Shown in pieces: positions 17,871 through 24,290 of a stretch of 58,057 nt of DNA (position 1 is the first letter of the stretch; each line of letters begins with the position of its first letter). Made by a program: the position numbers and the translations under genes. The stretch lies in IMG/VR virus record IMGVR_UViG_3300018914_000025. One strand, 5' to 3'. The notes beneath the pieces are model-generated. The model worked only from the letters and a program-made list of their open reading frames with translations. It was not told the DNA's origin and searched no databases. This stretch comes from a virus.

Positions 17871-18130
17871 TCCCCTTTCTTTGCCAGCATGTCCTGGACA
17901 ATAAGCTGGTTACAAAGATGTGTAAACTGAAGAAAATTTTTTTGATCTCCGGTCAGCTTGTTGTAAACCATCCCGCAACCCTTCACCAATCCGATAAAAA
18001 ACTCGGTTGCGTCGACCTCATCCAAGGTAAACTGATGATTTTCACTATCAGGGTCAAACAGGTCCATAAGGGCGTTATTTACAGCAAAAGCATACATCTC
18101 GTTTTTCGTAATGTTTTGCATATGATTCAC
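17867..18130 (-). CDS. hypothetical protein inserted between the SbcC pieces
   Basis: 87-aa ORF that is not coiled coil and is visibly more A/T-rich than its flanks; 4-nt overlaps. Confidence 0.45.
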   Translation of the reverse strand: MNHMQNITKNEMYAFAVNNALMDLFDPDSENHQFTLDEVDATEFFIGLVKGCGMVYNKLTGDQKNFLQFTHLCNQLIVQDMLAKKGE

Positions 18131-18360
18131 ACCCTCGGAATGAGACTTTCCACTCGCTGCAGATCCTGCTCGACCTGAGACTGCAGCTGTGCGATTACGT
18201 CCCCGATCGTATCCGGGGTCACGCCTTCTGCCATCATCTGCTGCTCGACTTCCTTCAGCTGTGCTTCGGCGTTCGCTTTTTGGGTTTCGGCTACCGTTTT
18301 TGCGGTGGCCGCTTTTTGCAGGTTGGTTTTCGCCAGATTGATTCGCATATTAATGTCCAC
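18127..18360 (-). CDS. Coiled-coil protein (possible returning coiled-coil arm of SbcC)
   Basis: 77-aa heptad-rich ORF immediately after the zinc-hook-bearing ORF. Confidence 0.45.
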   Translation of the reverse strand: MDINMRINLAKTNLQKAATAKTVAETQKANAEAQLKEVEQQMMAEGVTPDTIGDVIAQLQSQVEQDLQRVESLIPRV

Positions 18361-19768
18361 GGTGATTACCTCCCGTTATTGGTTGTTCGCAGATCGGGCA
18401 CACGGTCATGCCCGCCCAGATCTCGTCGAGTTCTTTTTGCGCTTGTGCTGCCGAAACGTCCGCAGCCTGAAGATGCCGCTCCGCGCTTTGCAGCGCGCTT
18501 TGTTTCGTGACGTACACGGTTCGTAGGGTACGCAATGATTCGAGGCGATTGCTGCTGGATTCCGCTTGCTGCAGCAGGCTCTCCGCTTCCGGGATCTTGC
18601 TGAACATTTCGACCCATTCACGCTGACGCTGTAACGCCGCGCGCGCCTCCGTGTGTCGTACCTGCAGGGTTCTCAGATTTGAAATGCGTTCCGCTGAACC
18701 CCCGACACTGTGAAGGACCGCTTCCGCAGCGTCCAAGTCCTTAGTCGCATGAAGAACGCCAGCCGCCCTACTTACATCATCTGAATGTTTTTGATATGAT
18801 GAGCGTAAGATATTAAGAGTAGACAACCTCTTGCTGTTTGCTTCGATGATCGACACCTCTGCTGCAATGTTGTCTACTTCCCGGTACCTGTCCAGTTCGT
18901 CGGAAAGCCTTGTTACTGTGGCGGTAACCTTTCCGTACTGGCGATAAAGGTCCAGCAGCGTGTCGTAGCGCTTCTGGGCTTTTTCTATGTCCTGCAGGTC
19001 TTCTTCCAAGTCTGGGATTACTGCCAGCTCTTCCAGGCGTCCGCCCAGCTCCTCCAGCAGTCTCGTCAGGTTCCAGTGCGTGATCTTGAAGTCCGAAAGC
19101 CGTTTGCTCTTGTCGTACGCCTTGTCGATCTCACTGACCAGGTACTCGCAGGCCTCCAGCTGTTGTTTGAGCACTTCCAGGTCGTTGAACTCCTGCAGCT
19201 GTGCATCGATCCGCTCGATGTCCTTCTCTGCCTGCGAGCGCTCCTGACGCGCTGCGTAGGTATCCTTTGCGACCGATTTTGTTGCCAGGTCGACCACTTC
19301 CGTACCGGCCAGCTTGCCGAGGATCTTGGCACCCGCACTCGCTGTCTCAGAGATCAAGAACGGCGCCTCCAGCTGGAACGCAAAATTCAACGCTGTTTCG
19401 AAGTCCCCGAATGTCTGCTTGGTGATCCCGAGAGCCTGCTTTACTTCCTCTGGTACTTCCGCCTTTTCGAAGGGCTCCGCGATCGTCGACAACTGATAGG
19501 TCGTCTTTCCTTTTCGGCGGGTCTTTGTTACCGTGACGCCGGTGTCCAGCAGGATCTCTACCTTCGCCTCCCCTACAGCCTCGTTCACAAACGCCTCCCC
19601 GGAGGGCTCCCCGAATGCTACCCATTTGAGCGCCCGGAGTATCGCCGTCTTCCCGCTGTCAGACGGTCCCGTGATCACGTTCAACCCTGGGCACAGCCGG
19701 ATGAAACTCGAAACATGTGACTGGAACCCCGTGATTCGGATTTCTTCAATCTGCGGCAAGGATCTCAC
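18350..19768 (-). CDS. sbcC: SbcC/Rad50 N-terminal ATPase lobe plus coiled coil, ending at the zinc hook
   Basis: Walker A ITGPSDSGKTAILRAL, a long coiled coil, and a CPIC (CxxC hook) 12 residues before the stop. Confidence 0.8.
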   Translation of the reverse strand: MRSLPQIEEIRITGFQSHVSSFIRLCPGLNVITGPSDSGKTAILRALKWVAFGEPSGEAFVNEAVGEAKVEILLDTGVTVTKTRRKGKTTYQLSTIAEPFEKAEVPEEVKQALGITKQTFGDFETALNFAFQLEAPFLISETASAGAKILGKLAGTEVVDLATKSVAKDTYAARQERSQAEKDIERIDAQLQEFNDLEVLKQQLEACEYLVSEIDKAYDKSKRLSDFKITHWNLTRLLEELGGRLEELAVIPDLEEDLQDIEKAQKRYDTLLDLYRQYGKVTATVTRLSDELDRYREVDNIAAEVSIIEANSKRLSTLNILRSSYQKHSDDVSRAAGVLHATKDLDAAEAVLHSVGGSAERISNLRTLQVRHTEARAALQRQREWVEMFSKIPEAESLLQQAESSSNRLESLRTLRTVYVTKQSALQSAERHLQAADVSAAQAQKELDEIWAGMTVCPICEQPITGGNHRGH

Positions 19769-19781
19769 CTCACTTCTGTTC

Positions 19782-19796
19782 GATAAAATTTGTATC
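19782..19796. promoter_or_regulatory. GATAC-N5-GTATC palindrome, site 5 (GATAAaatttGTATC, one mismatch)
   Basis: Lies 14 nt upstream of the SbcC N-terminal ORF start. Confidence 0.5.
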
Positions 19797-19877
19797 GATT
19801 TTTGAAACTTGCGAGACGATGTTCCGTATATCTCAGCAAGACCACCTCCTTTCGAGGTTACTTTTTATATCTTCTGC

Positions 19878-19892
19878 GATACTTTTTGTATC
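19878..19892. promoter_or_regulatory. GATAC-N5-GTATC palindrome, site 6 (GATACtttttGTATC)
   Basis: Perfect half-sites just downstream of the cro-like gene; the palindrome extends to GCGATAC..GTATCTTCGC. Confidence 0.6.
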
Positions 19893-19902
19893 TTCGCAGG
19901 CG

Positions 19903-20100
19903 TTAAAAAAGATCAGGGAACAGCTCTTCCTCTGATTTATCGTAGAATTTCGCCAGCTGCTTACTGAGTGCCCTGCTCGGGTTTCGGGTCCCGGCTTCCA
20001 GTTTTCTCAGATAAATTTCTGAGATATGGAGAGCTTGCGCGGCCGATGCCTGACTCAGATTTCGATTCAATCGGGCTTTTTTTAACGCTTCCCGCCTCAT
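19903..20100 (-). CDS. XRE-family HTH protein (Cro-like position)
   Basis: LKKARLNRNLSQASAAQALHISEIYLRKLEAG; divergent from the cI-like gene. Confidence 0.8.
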   Translation of the reverse strand: MRREALKKARLNRNLSQASAAQALHISEIYLRKLEAGTRNPSRALSKQLAKFYDKSEEELFPDLF

Positions 20101-20145
20101 AGCACACCTCCCTAGCTACAAATTGTGAAAATAACACTAGAAAAC

Positions 20146-20160
20146 GATACAAAATGTATC
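20146..20160. promoter_or_regulatory. GATAC-N5-GTATC palindrome, site 7 (GATACaaaatGTATC) in the divergent switch region
   Basis: Perfect half-sites directly abutting a TATAAT hexamer (20161-20166), between the divergent XRE genes. Confidence 0.65.
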
Positions 20161-20200
20161 TATAATGATAATCATGTACACATTGATCGGAGGGCTTATC

Positions 20201-20527
20201 ATGTTAGGTCAAAGACTGAAGGAATTGCGTGGATCTCGTACACAAGATGAAATTGCGGAAAAACTGGAGATTCCAAGGGCTCGGTACAGTCATTACGAGA
20301 ATGAGCGTAACAAACCGGAGCCTGAAATGCTTATCAAAATGGCGCTGCTGTTTGATACCAGCATTGATTACTTACTGGGGCTTACTGAGGAACGGTTCCC
20401 GACTTACCGCACCGCCGCTCATGACGATCGCGCCCGAGAAGATCGGGAATTCGTTCAGATATTCATGAACTTGTCTCCTGAGAAGAAACAGGCTCTTGTT
20501 CACCTGGTTAAGACCTTTGCTTGTTGA
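20201..20527 (+). CDS. XRE-family HTH repressor (cI-like position)
   Basis: MLGQRLKELRGSRTQDEIAEKLEIPRARYSHYENERNKPEPEMLIKMALLFDTSIDYLLG; GGAGGG RBS before this ATG (ORF track starts at 20165). Confidence 0.8.
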   Translation: MLGQRLKELRGSRTQDEIAEKLEIPRARYSHYENERNKPEPEMLIKMALLFDTSIDYLLGLTEERFPTYRTAAHDDRAREDREFVQIFMNLSPEKKQALVHLVKTFAC

Positions 20528-20690
20528 TGTTCTCTTCGATAACTTGGAAGTTGATTTCCGGATGCAGCTTCTCTAGCTCGTCCATTTCCTCAAACAGAGA
20601 ATTCATCTTCGCTTTCAGTTCTTCGATTTTGGCACGGAGGTTATTAACCTCTGTGCTTTTTTGTATGTATGATGCGATCGCGTTCTCCAT
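20508..20690 (-). CDS. Small coiled-coil protein in the aimX-equivalent position
   Basis: MENAIASYIQKSTEVNNLRAKIEELKAKMNSLFEEMDELEKL... after a GGGGG RBS; its 3' end overlaps the cI-like gene 3' end by 20 nt (convergent). Confidence 0.4.
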   Translation of the reverse strand: MENAIASYIQKSTEVNNLRAKIEELKAKMNSLFEEMDELEKLHPEINFQVIEENINKQRS

Positions 20691-20771
20691 GTTCAACCCC
20701 CAAATATACGAACGACTGTTCGTGTTTCTATTATCTCTAGTTATTGGAAGATCGTCAACCAATTTTTTGAG

Positions 20772-20787
20772 TTAACGGTTCCGTTAA
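20772..20787. promoter_or_regulatory. Perfect palindrome TTAACGGttCCGTTAA
   Basis: 7+2+7 palindrome between the pro-peptide terminator and the small downstream ORF. Confidence 0.35.
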
Positions 20788-20811
20788 TCTATCTGTCTCT
20801 ATCGTAACCCC

Positions 20812-20848
20812 ACTTTCCATCTTTACAAATAGCTAGAAGATGGAAAGT
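20812..20848. promoter_or_regulatory. 10-bp inverted repeat ACTTTCCATC-N17-GATGGAAAGT (candidate receptor operator)
   Basis: Perfect 10-bp arms with a 17-nt spacer and no T-tract on either side; lies downstream of the pro-peptide terminator. Confidence 0.4.
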
Positions 20849-20874
20849 TTCGTCACTCTTCGACATATTGTTTT

Positions 20875-20909
20875 TCCCAAAAGAGGAAGCATCGTACCGC
20901 GATGCTTCC
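20875..20909 (-). terminator. Rho-independent terminator after the pro-peptide gene
   Basis: Stem GGAAGCATCG/CGATGCTTCC (10 bp, 5-nt loop) followed on the minus strand by TCTTTTGGG. Confidence 0.75.
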
Positions 20910-20923
20910 TCCGTTCGGACTTC

Positions 20924-21076
20924 TTACCAACCGGGCCCCTCTTGGTTTGTTGTTACCGGAGTAGGCTCAGTGATCGGAAGTGGTGCGACGCCCCAGCCAG
21001 GTCCTTCTTGTGCAGAAGCGCTGACCGGAATAACGAGCGCGATCGCAAACAATACGAAAATCAAAAGTTTTTTCAT
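20924..21076 (-). CDS. Secreted signalling pro-peptide (50 aa) with two QEGPGW copies
   Basis: Hand translation: MKKLLIFVLFAIALVIPVSASAQEGPGWGVAPLPITEPTPVTTNQEGPGW*. AGGTGG RBS; signal peptide with an ASA-type cleavage site; terminator downstream; 74 nt after the RRNPP-like receptor. It falls below the ORF-track size cutoff. Confidence 0.7.
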   Translation of the reverse strand: MKKLLIFVLFAIALVIPVSASAQEGPGWGVAPLPITEPTPVTTNQEGPGW

Positions 21077-21124
21077 ACGATGCTACCACCTATCATGTGA
21101 ACTTGTTTCATGAAAATAGTAAAC

Positions 21125-21139
21125 GATACAATAAGCATC
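21125..21139. promoter_or_regulatory. GATAC-N5-GTATC palindrome, site 8a (GATACaataaGCATC, one mismatch)
   Basis: Between the receptor stop and the pro-peptide start. Confidence 0.5.
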
Positions 21140-21150
21140 GGTCAATCTAG

Positions 21151-22497
21151 TTATACGATACAAATTGTATCGTACTTTCTCGCCCTTTCGTACTCCTCCA
21201 TGGCAAATGTACATCTATCGATCTGTGCAGGTGTCGCGAAAGTAATATTTTTCAATAAAAGCGTCACACATCGGATAGTAACCACCGGCATCTTAAACCG
21301 GGCGGACAAGTCAATAGCATACAGCAGATCCTCAATAGCTGACCCCCCCATGCCAACATGAAAAAAATACTTTGACCTGTAATACCTGAAGTATGCAATG
21401 TATTTCGCGCTTAGTGGGTCGTTAAGCGAATGCAGCTGTCTAATTTCCGCATCAAAATCCGATAAAAATGCTGGGATCTGTTCATACTTTTCAAAATTTA
21501 CAAGGGACTTAATTACAGTTGTCAAATTTCTGCAACGGTTCGGCTGTTGCTTAATAAAGGCCATCAAGGCTTCAATGTTTTCCGTGTTTCCCGCAGAAAT
21601 CTCCACCGTCATTCGATTGACTGCAGCAAGGGAGCTGTAGAGATCACTTACTCCTTTTGAATACTCATCGATCAGCGCTAACGCTGTTTTGAAATCCTTT
21701 TTCTCTTCTGACACAGCGCCTAGATAGAAAAGTGCGCCTGCATACGATTCGACGTCCATACCGACCGCAATTCCAGCTAATTCCTTTGCGTATTTTTCCA
21801 CACCGCTCCAATGTTCGATTGCGTAAAATACCGCTAGAACACGTAGGTAAGCCTCCGTTTGCATTAGACCTTTCAGGTGTTTTAAATACTCTGTGAGTTT
21901 AACAGCTGCCTCATAAGCCGTGATCAAGTCATGATCCCTGACTATTAAAAAACTTCGATAAAAACTGACAGCGAGGTCTGGAGACATCCGATTTGACTCT
22001 TTCTCTATGACTTTGTTATAAAACCGCAGCGCCTCGTCATGATGACCTTTTCCGAACAGCGACTCCGCGATGGCGAAGATGATGTCGAGGTTTCCAGGGA
22101 TGGCTGTAAGCTCATTCATGGCCTCTTCTACAAGATCCGTCAAACCCAGCTCGTAGCATCGTACCACGAACTCCTCTGTTTTTTTGCGCAGCCGCTTCCC
22201 TCCCTTCCCCCAACACTCACCACTGAACAGGTGGTAAAAATACCCGGGTGGAAGTTCCAGCGCCTCTGTGACTGCATCCAGGACCTCCAGCGAGAATGTA
22301 CGACTGCCTCCCAGCATGCGGCTCAGATCCGACTGGCTCACATTTTTCTGCGCGGCAATGGAGACAGGCGACACCCCTCTTTCTCGCATCGCGTTTGTGA
22401 TTTCCTCCCGTAACGTGCTGTATCGGCGGTCACTCGTTAACGTCATCCCCAAAACAAAAAACCCCCTCGCTTGCCATCTTGTACACACATTATACAA
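21151..22497 (-). CDS. RRNPP-family (AimR/NprR/PlcR-like) peptide receptor: N-terminal HTH plus TPR-like repeats
   Basis: N-terminal XRE-type HTH (VSPVSIAAQKNVSQSDLSRMLGGSRTFSLEVLDAVTEAL), then about 370 aa of helix-repeat sequence rich in A/L/Y/E. The pro-peptide gene lies immediately downstream. The real start may be the internal MTLTSDRR (22446). Confidence 0.75.
   Translation of the reverse strand: MYNVCTRWQARGFFVLGMTLTSDRRYSTLREEITNAMRERGVSPVSIAAQKNVSQSDLSRMLGGSRTFSLEVLDAVTEALELPPGYFYHLFSGECWGKGGKRLRKKTEEFVVRCYELGLTDLVEEAMNELTAIPGNLDIIFAIAESLFGKGHHDEALRFYNKVIEKESNRMSPDLAVSFYRSFLIVRDHDLITAYEAAVKLTEYLKHLKGLMQTEAYLRVLAVFYAIEHWSGVEKYAKELAGIAVGMDVESYAGALFYLGAVSEEKKDFKTALALIDEYSKGVSDLYSSLAAVNRMTVEISAGNTENIEALMAFIKQQPNRCRNLTTVIKSLVNFEKYEQIPAFLSDFDAEIRQLHSLNDPLSAKYIAYFRYYRSKYFFHVGMGGSAIEDLLYAIDLSARFKMPVVTIRCVTLLLKNITFATPAQIDRCTFAMEEYERARKYDTICIV
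21157..21171. promoter_or_regulatory. GATAC-N5-GTATC palindrome, site 8b (GATACaaattGTATC)
   Basis: Perfect half-sites with extended arms TACGATAC..GTATCGTA; overlaps the last receptor codons (..DTICIV*). Confidence 0.6.
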
Positions 22498-22590
22498 GTG
22501 GCAATTGTTTACGAAAAGGGGTTTTTGCTCAAATGAAAAATATTTTTATCCTCATTCGTGAATACGAACGCCGTTTTTTCGTTTTTGTCT

Positions 22591-23328
22591 CTACCTTTTC
22601 AGCGTTTTCCGTACGGTCCCGACGCGATCGTCGGCCACTTTGATCCGGTTTCCGTTCGCGTCATCCGTGAAAGTGATCGTCTGGTCAAAACTGTGGTACT
22701 GGTCTATTTTGCTCAGGTTCGCGATGCAGGACCGGGACACTGTGATGAACCCGTGAGGCTCCAGATAGCCGCTGTACTGCCGCAGGGAAATGTCGGAAGG
22801 GTACACGTCTGCAGTGGTGTGGACGGTGATCTCCCGAGCTTTTGACTGGATGAACAGCACGTCGTCGATCGGCAGCTGCTGGACGGTCTCCCCTGCCACA
22901 GGAACATACACGCACCCGGCCGCTTCGAACCGGTCGTACATCAGTCGGCGCTGCACCCGCTGCAGAGCCCCCGGCAACGGGCTGTGATCATCGTACAGGT
23001 CGGTCTTGTCCACCACCTGGACCACCCCGATCTGCCGCAGTTCTGCCTGGTCTACAGCGTTTGTGTCCATCGTGACGACGATTGCCGGCATGCGGCCGCC
23101 GGATTTACGATACAACCTGTAGACGTCAAGTCCGGTCATACTGTCCTCATCCAGCTGGATGTCGAGGATCACAGCATCAAAATCTTCCGGTCGGTCTTCG
23201 ACGATCGCAAAGAACTCCCTCGAATTCCGTGCGATGTCAAACTGCTTGATCCCCAGCTGTTCAAGAAAGGCGGTTATTAACTTCTGGTGTGCAGGGTTGT
23301 CCTCCAGCACCAGGATTCGAAGATCCAT
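22591..23328 (-). CDS. Response regulator with LytTR DNA-binding domain (AgrA/ComE-like)
   Basis: Receiver domain (LVLEDN, AVILDIQL aspartate pocket) plus C-terminal LytTR-like LPIDDVLFIQSKAREITVHT...FITVSRSCIANLSKI. Confidence 0.9.
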   Translation of the reverse strand: MDLRILVLEDNPAHQKLITAFLEQLGIKQFDIARNSREFFAIVEDRPEDFDAVILDIQLDEDSMTGLDVYRLYRKSGGRMPAIVVTMDTNAVDQAELRQIGVVQVVDKTDLYDDHSPLPGALQRVQRRLMYDRFEAAGCVYVPVAGETVQQLPIDDVLFIQSKAREITVHTTADVYPSDISLRQYSGYLEPHGFITVSRSCIANLSKIDQYHSFDQTITFTDDANGNRIKVADDRVGTVRKTLKR

Positions 23329-23374
23329 CGCGATCCCTCCGGTTTATTAACTAAAAATAAATGACGACACTATG

Positions 23375-23389
23375 ATTGTACGATACAAT
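23375..23389. promoter_or_regulatory. Palindrome ATTGTAcgaTACAAT in a divergent intergenic region
   Basis: 6+3+6 palindrome between the response-regulator gene and the XRE gene at 23424. Confidence 0.35.
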
Positions 23390-23423
23390 GAGGAATACAT
23401 TTATTTCCTAACGGGAGGCACCC

Positions 23424-23660
23424 ATGCCCTATAGAGTAGGCCGGTGCCTGCTTGGATTGCGTCTCGCAGAGGCTGGGATGACCCCTGTACAACTCGCTGA
23501 AAAGGTTGGCATGAAACTTCCACAGATCTCGGCTTACATAAACAACAAACGGGTCATGTCCCTGCAGAACGCCCTGTCGATCGCGAGCGCCGTCGGCTGT
23601 CGTGTTGAAGATCTCTACGAGTTAGAGTACGTCAGCCCCAGAACCAAGCAGGAACCCTAA
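23424..23660 (+). CDS. XRE-family HTH protein
   Basis: LGLRLAEAGMTPVQLAEKVGMKLPQISAYINNKRVMSLQNALSIASAVG; GGGAGG RBS. Confidence 0.75.
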   Translation: MPYRVGRCLLGLRLAEAGMTPVQLAEKVGMKLPQISAYINNKRVMSLQNALSIASAVGCRVEDLYELEYVSPRTKQEP

Positions 23661-23714
23661 AGAGCAGCCGTTTGCGGCTGACTCCGGCCTACAGGTTAAC
23701 CAACCCGTTAACAC

Positions 23715-23895
23715 AAAATATATAATGCTCGGGATTTTGGGAGGGGGTACCTCCCCTGCACTCATTGTACCGTGTACAGGTGTATTGAAGAACCCCCCTC
23801 ACGAATCAGAGCTATTATATATTATATATATTATTAAATATAAAAATAAAATTATATATTATATAGTATATATCTATTACATGTAAAGTTCTTAC
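23715..23895. repeat. Imperfect inverted repeat, copy A (partner 56521..56701)
   Basis: Hand alignment with the reverse complement of 56521-56701. Shared blocks: AAAATATATAAT(C)GCTC-GATTTTGG-GGGGGTACC, GAACCCCCC, TTATATATTATATATA, TATATTATATAGTATATA, GTAAAG. Confidence 0.8.
23814..23880. other. ~67-bp almost pure A/T tract (candidate DNA-unwinding element)
   Basis: Read directly: ATTATATATTATATATATTATTAAATATAAAAATAAAATTATATATTATATAGTATATATCTATTAC. Confidence 0.6.
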
Positions 23896-23929
23896 TACAT
23901 ACAAGACACTGTACACAAGGGGTGCTGGG

Positions 23930-23990
23930 TTATCCACAATATCCACAACCGCTCTCGCTGAAAATAAAAAAGTTGTCCACAGGTGGACAA
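23930..23990. promoter_or_regulatory. DnaA-box cluster (4 boxes)
   Basis: TTATCCACA (23930, perfect consensus) abuts ATATCCACA (23939). TTGTCCACA (23973) faces TTGTCCACC on the other strand (23982-23990), together forming TTGTCCACAGGTGGACAA. Confidence 0.7.
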
Positions 23991-24290
23991 CTGGTAGAAT
24001 CTTCTGTTAGAATGAAGCCATCGAAAATTGAACGGGAAATGAGAAAGCCGACCGGTCTGATAAAGGGCTCCTACCCCCTAAATCAGCACCCGGACCACTG
24101 CTCGAACCAGTGACCAGGCTTTCCGATCGGCTACTTCTGTATCTATTTTACCCATTTTTCGTGATAGATACAAGGTTTTTGCCTCGGAAAAAGTATGTCA
24201 TTTTACGACATAGTGCCTAGTCACGCGACGCTGCATGTGCAGCTCTTGGGTGGCTAGGCTTTTTCTTTCCCCAGAAAGGGAGAGTAGAAC

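Noticed and set aside
23661-23681. Hairpin CAGCCG-tttg-CGGCTG after the XRE gene, considered as a terminator.
   Set aside because: It has only a 6-bp stem and no following T-run, which is too weak to call.
23814-23880. A/T-rich repetitive tracts (also 56523-56600) considered as a CRISPR array or tandem-repeat locus.
   Set aside because: There is no regular repeat-spacer periodicity and no cas genes. The tracts are low-complexity TA-rich DNA forming part of a larger inverted repeat.
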